Source: Phoronis australis (Eukaryota; Animalia; Phoronida). Taken from it: a DNA stretch of 64,000 nucleotides. Numbering within the stretch: the first letter of the stretch is position 1; each line of letters opens with the position of its first letter. Below are positions 13,283-25,273 of the stretch, one piece after another. The position numbers and the translations under genes are program-made. Under the pieces are notes generated by a model. The model ran no database searches. It was not told where the DNA came from and saw nothing but the letters and a program-made list of their open reading frames with translations. The stretch is from positions 1-64,000 of the forward strand of contig NMRA01000372.1 of NCBI GenBank assembly GCA_002633005.1, read 5' to 3'.

Positions 13283-15880
13283 CACCCCGCCCAACCCGCG
13301 ATCGAGAACGGCCGGAAGGCGATCGAGAACGAGACCGTGCACCAAAAATGGCAGACGACAGTGAGGTTCCCGGTGAGTTTAAGTGTCATTTTCTGCTTAA
13401 TTAGAGGCCACTTTGGTACAAATGCTACACACAGAAAAGCGTCAGAGTGTAACCTTTGTTGTGGATTTGAAATAATACTTGGCTTTTGCTTATTTTTTAA
13501 AATAAAGAGCTCAGAAAGCAATGGATTTAGGTAAAATGCCTTGCGTCTCGTAAAATCGACAATTACTACTTTTTATTAGCATTTTCAGGGTTTTTAAGAA
13601 GAGACGTGTGACATTTATAGTTTAATCGTCCCTGGTGACACCTTTGTTAGTTATGATTTGTGAAACAATTTGAGATATTTACCAATACAGCAGGTCCTTG
13701 ATTGAGACGGCGATCGGGAACGAAGTCGTTAATTTTATCGTGAACGCAAAAAGCGATCGTGAACGCACATTTTTTTCTCTGCTTTTGCCGGAATAGTCGT
13801 TCAAGTTACTGTATTACTAAATAATTTTAGAATAATACGGAGCCTGCATTAGTTGATGGGTTGATTACTAAGTACATTTCATCGTTTTTTCATGAGTTCT
13901 AAGTGAGATTTAGCCTAACAAACATAACATGAATACGTTTGATTTTTTAAGTTGAACTGTAGCCACACGAGGAGTCCTTCAGGATGTTGACGTCACTGCT
14001 ACATGTCACAAAGGAGTGTGTGTGTGTGTATGTTGTGGAGCCTCGTTCAGGGACTAAGAAATCGACTTAGTGTGACAACATGGCAATAAAACACAGTGAC
14101 ACTACAGCAAGCAAGACCTTTACCAGCCCTGTGATTGACGCGTTGCATGCGTCAAGAGTTTTTACCAATATAGTAAAACACAACATGAAGCATCGTGCTC
14201 AGGAACCAAGTCGATTCAGTGTCCTATTATGTTCTATGTTTCACGGAAAGAGTGAGCCTGATGGGACACTGCGTCACAGCACGAAGACACTCCTTTTTGT
14301 GGTGAATGTGGCATGTCATGCAAACAGTATGCCTCCTTCTACAGGAATAGCAAGCAGAAACGTCATGAATGAAAGCATTAAGTCCAGTGCTGAAGGTTGT
14401 TAAGTCACTATAGTTTATTCAGATTTACAAAGTCTGTGGTTGGTAGCTGTCTGATGTGATAGTATTTTGACGTTTTGAACCTTTTTTCCTCAAGTTTCTT
14501 TCTATACTTGTGTTATTTCAAAAGGATCTTTAACAGAACCAGTACATTTTTGCAGTGTTTAGGTAGATTTAAATGGCCATACTAAGTGTCATTGGGCAAT
14601 ACTTACATACAATTGTTCTGACCATGCAGTTAGTATTTCTATGAATATTGTAGAAATTGCTTTCATATTGTTGTTGATTTCCTGTGAGAGACTATTGTAC
14701 TATCAATCAGTCCTAAATACATTGCCTATGATTCAGTGATGATTTAGTCGAATACATTCCAAAAGTAATTTGTTGGAAATGTTCAATGTAGATTTCTCTA
14801 AAGCAATATTTCATATATTTTCTAAGACCAATTTTGAGGTATGTGTAATAAAAGATTAATATTGTAATAGAAATGCTATAATGTTGCTGACTTCCTGTGT
14901 AAATCACTACAGTGTGTAGTTGAAGTGATGTTAATGACAACATGTTGACTACGTTTTGAGAAAATCACAATACAGTACGTTTATTATAACTGTCTCAGTC
15001 TTTTTCAATGTCACCTTAAACTGGAGATCATGAACTAAAGATGCAAGTGAACTTAGGACCAAGACTACAAAACAGAAGAGTCAAACACAACCTACATTCA
15101 AGCCACACGGGTGCCACTTGTCAATCTGTTCATCTCTGTATCGATGTTATCAGTGACACTTCAAGTAAAATCCTTCCCATTTTACCAGCACACCAGTTTA
15201 CACAACTTCTAGCCAATTTTAGATCACAGACGTATCATTGAATCATCTCTTGAAGTGTTGCTATGCTGTTGTTCAGTTTTGATACGAAAGTAACACAGTA
15301 ATGACGCCAAATGTTATTAATTCATTGCACCACACTTGTTTTGTAACCCTTTTCACGTTTGATAAGTAAAAAGTTCAATACTGTTCAACACACCACGATG
15401 CGTTCCCGATCGCATAAAAAAACACAAATTTGCGTTCCCGATCGCTTATCGTTGCGTTCTCGATCGCATCTTTCAACAGAAAAGCGTCGAAAAATCAGAG
15501 ATCCGAACAAAACTAGAAAAAAAAAACAAGCGTTGCGTGATATTTTCACACGTCCTTTCTTCATAAGTCTATGGTCAATTTATTGGTTTAGTGCCAAAAT
15601 AACGGCAATTTGCCAAAATGACATACAAATCGTCTTTGGCTCATGCGATTCCTCGGCCAACGTAACTTTAGTCTCCTATAATTGGAAGAGACACTAGCCT
15701 GAACCTCTACCTGCCCTTCCTCAATGTGTTACGCCTTGAACTTATATCTCTGTTTTCACACTGGAAGTAAAAACAACGGAAATTCATCGAATTGACTCAC
15801 CTTGCCTGGCTTCGCTTCTCGCACCAAATTCCGTTCTCGATCACCTCCCGGTCGTTCTCGATTGCGGGTTGGTCGTGGTG
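13283..15880. mobile_element. 2.6-kb non-autonomous DNA transposon with 49-bp TIRs starting CAC and a 5-bp TSD (Transib/RAG-like ends)
   Basis: TIRs 13283-13331 and 15832-15880 match at 43/49. Perfect TSD ACAGA (13278-13282, 15881-15885). The motif GCGATCGNGAACG recurs in inverted orientation at ~13710-13770 and ~15400-15470. Confidence 0.85.
13348..14370 (+). pseudogene. Decayed spliced C2H2 zinc-finger ORF inside the transposon
   Basis: Exon 1, ATG GCA GAC GAC AGT GAG GTT CCC G|GTGAGT (13348-13372), joins in phase to an acceptor at 13962, giving ...CVCCGASFRD*. After stops and frameshifts come QCP.LC and PFCGECGMSCKQYASFYRNSKQKRH. Confidence 0.5.
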
Positions 15881-16273
15881 ACAGAGGCGTATGGACTTAT
15901 TTGGGGCGGGGGGGAGGGGGTGTTGCGAACGACATTGGTTTGCTCAAATTTCGTTTCGAGGATACCAGCAACATTAATGGTTGAGAAATTTAACAACGGT
16001 TTGTGTTCTTCGTAGATCTCGGATTCAATTCTCGTTTTTTGTTTTCTGTATTTTTACAACGAATTTTGGAAGAAAACAGTTTTGTTTAGATTTATCTTCT
16101 CTGTGCGTCATGTACTGTGAATTAGGCTCATTAGAATTTGAATTATAAAGTGTCAAAGTGTAACGTTAACCAATTACATTTGATTTCTGACAGAAATTTG
16201 AAGGTTACATGCCGCACATGTATATCAAAAAACATACCTTTCCCTAATTTGACGCATTTTTTGGTTTCAGGAG

Positions 16274-18912
16274 ATGGCCTTCAACGATAAAATGGAAAAG
16301 CTGAGTCGGGCGTTGGAATGTTCTATTTGTTCAGAACAATTCTCTTCTCCAAGACTTCTACCATGTCTCCATTCATTCTGTGAAAAGTGTTTGGCACGAC
16401 ACATGGCGGAGACAGAAGAAAAGGGGGAGTTTCGTTGTCCATTATGTAAAACGATCCACCCTGTTCCAATAGAAGGCGTGACTGGCTTCAAAAGAAACAT
16501 TTATCTTCTCGATATCATCGCGATTTTCCCAGACAAAACGTGTGTCACGTGTGACGTTTGTAAAATGGACGGACGTGACGTGCAAGCTTCTTCAATGTGT
16601 ATTCAGTGTAGAGATTTGTTATGTCAGCAATGTGACAAGGTTCACTGCGGTACCCGTCTTACAAAGACCCACAAGGTGGTCGACTTAGAACGAGTACGAA
16701 CTGGCCAGTATGTGGACGAACTTCGACGTCACCAAAGGTTGTATTGCGCTGTTCATGAGAATAAAGAATTGGAAATCTACTGTGAACAATGTGAAGTACC
16801 CGTATGTCTGCTTTGCAACACTCTCGACCATAACCAACATAAAGTGACTGACTTGAGAGTTGCTGCAACAAACGCCACTGACGTCATGAATAAGTTGCTG
16901 GAAAATTGGAGTGAGGTGACTCAATATTGTGAGATGTTACTTGAGAAAAAAAGAGAAAATCTTGAAGGTTTGGAGCAAAACCGTAAAGCTTGTGAAAGTG
17001 AAATAAAACGAGTTTACAGCGAATTCCTGGCAGAGATCGCTGGACAAGTCAAGAGTCATCAAGAGAAAGCTATTGAACAGTTGAACGAGCAAGTAGCGGC
17101 GACGAAAAAACAGGCACAAGCTGCGTGTGACGAGGCTGAACTGAAGTGGGGGAAGTTTGTCAGTGTTTTACAATACGTAAATAGCATTCTTGCCTCGGCA
17201 CATGATGCTGAGAAACTGCAGCAATTTAGGGAAATTAGAAAACGTCTTGAAAACTTGGATGTTGATCAAATCGAGACACAAGTGAAACAAACAACATTTG
17301 AGGTACAACCTAAAAAACTTGTAATTCCAAATTTGGGTTTGAAGGTCGTTCCAAAATATTTCTTCCAAATTTTCTCAGAAGTTAGCCACAAAAGTTGCAG
17401 TTTCATGTAAATCACCTGTCCACCGTATGACCCCTCAACCAACTGTTAAAGAACATGCTCAAATCCAGCGGAAATTTAAGAGTAAGCGTGGATGGGAGTG
17501 GGTGGGATTCTTGGGGTGTAGTGGACTGACAGCGGGTGATGGTGTGTTGATTGTTACAGACCCGAGCAACACAAATGTCAAGGTGTTTGACAAAAATACC
17601 TTGACATTTAAATTCGAGTTAGAACAAACCCATCACAAACTGCAGGACCCTGTCGATGTGACAACTAATGTACATGGAGATATCTTTATCACCGACTGGG
17701 GTATTCACGGTGTTGTCAAGTATAACGCCGAGGGTCTTGTGGTGAAGGTATACCCAGATGTGTATAAAGGTGAGGGGCACATTACTTGTCACAAAGACAA
17801 GCTGGTTGTGGCGGATACTGCCGGTGGACGGGTGATATTCACTGATTATAATTGTAAGGNAAATTAGAAAACGTCTTGAAAACTTGGATGTTGATCAAAT
17901 CGAGACACAGGTGAAACAAACAACATTCGAAGTACAGCCTAAAAAACTTGTAATTCCAAATTTAGGTTTGAAGGTCGTTCCAAAGTTGGGAAACGAAAAT
18001 ATTTCTTCCAAATTTTCTCAGAAGATAGCCACAAAAGTTGCAGTTTCGTGTAAATCACCTGTCCACCGTGTGGCCCCTCAACCGGCTGTTAAAAAACCTG
18101 CTCAACTCCTGCTGAGATTTAGCAGCCAGCGGCAAACATCTATGACTATTCGTGGGTTGGCGAGGATGGATTCTTGGGAGTTTAATGGACTGACAGTGGG
18201 TGATGGTGTGTTGATTGTTACAGACACGAGAAACACAAATGTCACTGTGTTTGACAAAAATACCTTGACATTTAAATTCGAGTTAAATCAAACCCGTCAC
18301 AAACTGCAGTGCCCTGTCGATGTGACAACTAATGTACATGGAGATATCTTTATTACCGACTGGGGTATTCACGGTGTTGTCAAGTATAACGCCGAGGGTC
18401 GTTTGGTGAAGGTATACCCAGATGTGTATAAAGGTGAGGGGTACATTACTTGTCATAAAGACAAGCTGATTGTGGCGGATACTGTCGGTGGACGGGTGAT
18501 ATTCACCGATTACAATTGTAAGGTTCATCATCAAATAGACGCCCGTACCCTGGGGCTGAGTAAGTTTTCACCCAAGCATATATGCACTGATGAGAACACT
18601 GAACACCTTGTAGTCAGTGAGTGTAACCCCGGTCGTGTGCATGTGATTGACTGCACACGGCGGGCCGTTATCAACACATACACCCATAAACTGAGTAAGG
18701 TCCCAAACGGTGTGTGTGTTGATCAGTTCGGATACATTCTCGTGGCTGACTCTTCCAATGACCAAGTAATTCTATTCAAAAATGCACGTGCACACGTGCT
18801 GATCCCCGGGGGTTGTGTCTCTTGTCCTGCTGATGTCTGTGTATCAGCCCCAGGGGAGGTGTCTGTATTGCAGGGTGATGGCGAAGTTAAGGTATTCAGA
18901 TACTTACAGTAG
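16274..18912 (+). CDS. TRIM-NHL E3 ubiquitin ligase (TRIM2/3/56/71-like architecture); ~669 aa if 16274..17230 is joined to 17860..18912
   Basis: RING CSICSEQFSSPRLLPCLHSFCEKCL...CPLC; B-box1 CDVC...CIQCRDLLCQQCDKVH; B-box2 CAVHENKELEIYCEQCEVPVCLLCNTLDH; a coiled coil; NHL repeats (PVDVTTNVHGDIFITDW, PNGVCVDQFGYILVADSSN). Acceptor 3 nt before the ATG, stop at 18910-18912. Confidence 0.9.
17232..18523 (+). repeat. Direct duplication of TRIM 3' coding region across an n-join (17232-17859 vs 17861-18523)
   Basis: Near-identical DNA on both sides of n17860. Copy 1 lacks 14 bp (copy 2 17982-17995), which shifts the frame and causes the stop at 17410. It is also a net 21 bp shorter in a variable segment. 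Confidence 0.9.
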
Positions 18913-21900
18913 ATATCTAATGTACAGGCGCAATATGTTGCAATTAAAATGATTAACCCAAATTGTATTGACAGAGACGTTTGTATGCACATAATGTTTG
19001 TTTGTTCCATCGTTGAGCAGACGACATCTCTTTGTTTTCGTTATGAAACAGTGACAATGATTTTTCAAGTGAAATCGGAAGTAACTGCTGTTCGTATGCA
19101 CTAACCCTTTTCACAAACACCTTTAGACTGTGGTGCAAACGTGTAGAAATACAACATGTGGATATTTTATTGATGTTTTGAGTAATTATAAGTATACCTA
19201 CGATAACGGCTTACCTTTTATTTCGTGGAAAATGATATTGTGATCTTCTCTAAAGGATCCACGCATTTCTGTTTTTCAAAAAACGTTTTAGCATTAATCA
19301 TTTGAATTCAAACCAAGTAAAATCAGGTGCAAAATTTATCCTGTTTATTGATGTGTTTAAAACGAATGTTTCAGATGATGGGTGACTGACTTTCTTGAGA
19401 ATTTTGTATTCCGGTATTTTAAAACTAAAGTATCTCCTTATAACAACTTAAAAACGCACGACCATCAGAATTGCTTTATTGAAAGATCAGACTGCAAAAT
19501 TTCATATTCAGATTCAAACTGTCATAGTAATATAGATCAACAAATTTATGAGAAATTATATCAGTTTTCTATGCGACTTCCACGTCCCTCTTACGGTCTC
19601 CAAGATTTCAATCTGGCAATCACATTTAAAAAGTAAGCGTGATAAAAACGCCACACGTATATGTAGCGAAGTCCTCTCCAATCGAAGTTCAGGAGAGGTT
19701 CGCCTTGATACCGCAAAACGTTAAAAACGCAAAGTAACTCATTTCAATTGACATGTAATTATTTCCTTAGCTGTAACATTTAGTAAAATGTGACATTATT
19801 CCGTTCGGTTTTATTACATTTCAGTTTTGGAGGTTGAATTTGTGATGCTTTTGGTTGTTGTGAGCGCCGTTATGAAAAACCGGCAATATTAATTCTTTGT
19901 ATGACCCTACAAAAATGTCTAAATTTGGCTTAATTCGGAAAGCCATATCTCATAAATGGCTGATCAGGTTGATATGAAACTTTCAGATTATATGCTTCAT
20001 GCACTGAAATCTTTTCGATTTGTTTTAAGATGTTTCCTTATTCCCATGTGGTTATCATCTTGAAAATAGCACGTACGATTTTCACAAAAAAACAACAACA
20101 AAAGTTGCATAGGACAAAAACGAAACGACAATTTAAAAAAATCGCAACAGTGCTTTTGAAGTTTCATCTTGAACCCCTACCATTGTTTTGCTATGAACGA
20201 ATCATCCTTTTTGCTAACTTTTACTCAAAAAACATATCACACGATCCAAATCAAATTTTACAGACTTTCTACTTTCAGAAGATGGGATTGTATACTTTTA
20301 CTGAACTTTTACTCTTTAAAGTTCTTTTGTGTATTTGCTTCTTTAAAACTTTTATGGCACAATCTGAAATTAAAAAAAAATCTATTTCCCAGCGCCTACA
20401 TTCGAGGAGTGGCATATCATCAATCTTCACACTAAAAGTGGCATCTAAACAGAAATGGATAATAACAACGGTTTGATAATAATTAAATGCCGATGCGGCA
20501 GGCAGAAAAATACATGGCAAATTTTTTGTTTAGGTTAGGTCTTTATTGACGAGGCGTTCAGGGACGAAATTCTGTAGTCGTTTAACCCAGGGGATGCGTT
20601 TCACAATCCTAATTCTTACTCGAGATTTGCTTAAAACCTTTGGTAAGTTTGTTTTAATGCCTTTTGTTAGCAATTTAACCTAACTAGAAGTCTTCCAGTG
20701 GCATCACGTTGTTTATTGCAATCAATTGATTTTATCAAAACATTTCAAGGACCTAAAAGTTAATGCCAGCGCACTTCCAGCCAAATAAACGCATTTAAAG
20801 GGACACTAACGGTTTTACCGGAAAAACTTAGTTTGGGGATTATTATTGGAAGAAATAGACCATTAAGTTTGACCAGAGTTATAAACCAACAAAATCCGGT
20901 GTTTTTGTGATTTATTACACCACCAATTCTCGCCATTATCTCCCACATATTTGCAGATCAAAGCCGGTAACAATCAGTTAAATACATTAAAATACCTCGG
21001 TCAACAGACCGTTCGAGTACGACCGGGTTAGATTCCGCGCTGTGGCTGATCTGAGACGGTCGCCTTTCTCGCCAATAACGTCCCCTACAAAACGACAACG
21101 AAGTAACTTACACTGTGGTTGTATTTTCACAAGCGTCTGAACTGCTGACGTCATCACAGTCGGGATTCATGCCTAGCGAGCCTCATCTTTGACTCATTTT
21201 TGCTTGGTTCAAAAACCGAATACTTGTTTTAAAACAGGACACGTCTAAATCAATCAAGTGCATGCGTTCATCGTTGAACAGAGGTAATCTGTAATGAACT
21301 CCATTTTCTTCAGAAACCTTTCGTCTTTTTGCAATGCTAAAAGCCCGGTGAGAAGTAAGCTAATATGGCAGTTTTGCAGTTAGAGGACAGTATTTCTGAA
21401 TTCTTCAAAAACGAAGTCGCACACTCCACTGATCGTCTGAAGAGAATTCTTCAGGGACCAAAATAAATTCACGAATATTTTATACTCGGCTTCCATGTTA
21501 GCTGCGTCAACAGTAACTGACGGCAGGAGGATTTCGTAAGTGCCAAAAAGTCTTATACTGTACCTAAGGGTAAGCAGCAGGTGGTTGAAATACCGATATC
21601 TTCTTTGTGAGTTGCTCGACATTCCCCAGAGAATGGTTTATGTCCGGTGGTATAGTGGTAAATTTAGATGTAAATGCCGAAGGCTCCAAGCACAGAATTT
21701 TAAATGCCCATAGGTCATCCACAACATGGGACGCTCATTTATAGTAGGGCATGCGTTTTATTGGAAAACGATTGTTTCATCATAAATTTTAATAATTACA
21801 ATAAATTATGACCACCCAGTGTAATGTGTGTCGTCATGTTGGCTACAGGACTTTGAATGCTTTGAGTAAGATTAACAGACTTTGCATGACTGTACCAAGA

Positions 21901-24900
21901 AACTGTAAGTAGATTAGTGAAATAATTTTCAGAACTGTGTCATCTTAGGGGAATTCACTAGCATCATACGTCGCCATATTCCTACGCATATCTTGACCTT
22001 CTCAATGGATTTCCTTACCGTATAGCTGTTGGACCACGTTAAACAGACTTAAGAGACTTGCTTGTAAAATTTCCTAAGTCAACAACTGATCAACACAACC
22101 TGACATATTTAAAGCATCGTTTTCTTTTTATCAGCCTGGCCAAACATTTGTTTGCAGAAAAGTTACCCTCTAAGGGTGCGATACTTTTGATAGATGACTG
22201 TTTATTTCATGTTAAGAAATTGTGCAAGAAGTGATACAATTACATTATCAACAAGATTAATGATAACAATAAATATAAAAAGGATGATTACTGACAGATA
22301 TGAAAACTACAAGACAATTTCCATGGTATAACCCCGTAATTCACGGGATATTAAACGATCTAGTTACAAATAAACAGACAAACGAGCGTTAACACAAAAC
22401 ACATGAAGACTATATCAATGAGGCTGTTAAGTAGTTAAAATTTAAATTTGCTATTATTAATGAAAGTGGATATTGATTCTATTGGAAGAATTTTCAGGTC
22501 TATGTTAAGTTATTGCGAGCCATGAAGTTAAAATGAAACACGGTGAATATTAGGTAAGGTATGGTAAATGGAGGTAACGTCGATAATTGAATCAAGGGCA
22601 TGGAAGAGAAATACATCACTTGTAATAAAGATCGATAGATGTCTCTGTACGTTCATTTTGGCCGGCGTGCACGTTCTGAATAACGCCCCTCAGTGCGTAG
22701 TCGTCAATAATGTGACTAGGCTGCTGCATCCTTGTCCGAGGTTTTGTGTCATTGATAACCAAGATTAGAACTTGAAATTTAAAGTTGAATTTCGCCCTGT
22801 TTAGCTGAGCAAAAACGAAATTCGAGTGACTATTGACACACTTTTAAACCTCATCTGCACGACAGCCAGACAAAATCGCGGAGCACAGTGTTACCTCCCC
22901 TGCCTCTCTGGTCCCTCTAGCAGGCCTATAGCAAATTAAACATTATTGAGGAAGGGGCACAAACTCCGGTTAACGCGTTTTTGAGTTGTATGTAACTGTT
23001 TTATTTCGAAGCCTTGTGATAAATGTGACATAACGAATATGACAGGGAATAATTATTAATGTGAAATAAAGATGATAACACGTGACATATTTATACTTGT
23101 TATACCGGAATTTTCGTGGATACGCCCACCCCGGCGATGGAAGGGAAAATATACCGAATACCCGTGTTACAACTTCTGGTGTCAAGTGTCCAGAGAGTGG
23201 ATCGTTTATTCGAAAAATGTCCTCTTAAAGCCCACTCAGCGTCAAGTTTTAGTCACAGATTCAATTTTGTGAAACATTTATCATTTCTGGAAACGAATAA
23301 AGTGTTGGCGAACTATGCATTTATTATTGAACATAAAATTTAAAAAGCCAGTTTTAAGTAAAAATGTCAAAGTTAGGAAACATTTTAATCAAAACTATTA
23401 CTTTCCGTTTACCCACTGCTTTTTCTGAATAAGTGTCCGGGCGTTTATTTAGTGTTACTAAAACGCCTCGAAATTTTCATTTTCCAAATACGCACCCATG
23501 GGCTCACCTACCAAAAATTCACTCTAGTTTCTCGTGAAGCTCTCCAATATTCTACCACTAAAACTTGGGTACCCACCCGAGAGTTGCCACTAAAACCCTT
23601 TTAGATTGAGAGATACCGCATTTCAGTGTCCCAGTCATGTGTCGAGAACTTCTGTGGAAGGGTCCTCTTTGTAGATTTTTCCCGATAACATAATCCTTTG
23701 TGTGATTTGAGTTATAAACTTTACATGACGTTTATTTCTTAAATAAAAGTGAAAACAGTGTTCTCAGCACCCTGAAAATGACAGTCATTGTTTTGATAAG
23801 AACACGTCGTTGGACATCTAAAATCCCAATTAAGTACCTCTTTGCACAGGATTATAACAACGTCAAAGAAAAATGTTCACAGGTATGTCTTATTTGTGTA
23901 GCCCTATGTATGGCACACGATAGCGAACAACTTCGCGTTTTGAAGTTTATAACACTAGTGTAGAAGCTTTAGAAAGTCTTAAATAATCAAACAAAATAAG
24001 TTTTGAGCAAACACCATTCATATTACGAGAAAACCGCGACAAACAACTTCAGTCCATAGGAAATTTGCTAGCCGAACGATCCATGCCACTGACCATCCTA
24101 GCTGTGAAATAAATGCACCAGTTCCTCATTGTTAGTTTCCCCGTTCCCATTGTTTCCGTGGCTCGGACACCGTCTGCTTGGATGAAACGCCTCAAAGGGC
24201 TAAAATTGTATAAGAGGTTCAGCCAAACACCCTATTAGCCGATATTTTCGTGAACAACACAAATTACTGATTTTTAATCAACATAAAAGTTGTTCATTCG
24301 TATCGAGGGTTCATGAAACCCACAAGAGACAGGAGATCTTTGATACTACATTCACACACATACACACATAAATATCACATCCTTTGTGGTTGTCTTCTAG
24401 CGAACTCATAGATTTCTCAGTCACAGACCAATTTCTTGGGGAGATTTCTTATTCCCGACCTTTTGTTTTCAACGGTGATGAATTCTCATGAACTTGCGAA
24501 GAACTATGTGCTATTTCATTGAATGTTTCTGTTGACTCGTGGGTTGCATCGCTTGAAAAATTGTCGGGTAACGAATTTCTCATGAAAATATTTTATGGCA
24601 TAAACCAGTGCATTGCAAAGCATAACATGGACTTGTCGGGGTAAAGAGAAATTCGTCGGATTAACTGTATGCATGCCTATATCATGATGGATGTTGCTTG
24701 CTCGATTGCAATGGACGTGTTCATAGCTAAAATGACTCATGTCAAAACGGTAAATGAACGTAGTTTGACGTGCCTAAGCCCCCATGAACCAAATTTCTCT
24801 CTTACCGACAAAAGTACATGGGACGTCATTGGCAAGTTACATGTATTTGTGTGACTGTCGCATACAATTAGCATGAGTCGGTCCCGTAGAGCAATTGTAG

Positions 24901-25273
24901 ACAATTTAACACAGCGGTTCCTTTAGAAATCCCGAGGGATTTGTAACTTGAAAGTTTAGCTAAGTTTTCCCCTGGGGCCTAAGTACTTGCTATGAGTTGT
25001 GCAATTTCTGTCTGGGTCAAGGTGTTGTGCCAGTATACAGGCAGAACGCACTGTGCCAATTTCCGTGAGTTTAACTACTTAAATTAAATTAATGTATCTC
25101 CTCTCGTACTTGGACGTTGTATTTCATTCGAAGTTGCTGAAACGTATCAGTCTCCTTTCGACGAATGCGAAAACAATATAGTCACGTGCGTGAAACCGCG
25201 AATTTACAGTGGACAACAACTGACAACCAAATATTGGACATTTGAGACGCATGTAAACTGTCTCCCGCTGAGC

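Noticed and set aside
17427-17867. Separate 146-aa NHL-only gene
   Set aside because: It is the frameshifted continuation of TRIM copy 1 and ends at the n-join.
21643-21715. tRNA-like start GTCCGGTGGTATAGTGGT
   Set aside because: A-box only, with no intact B-box or acceptor stem. At most a decayed SINE head.
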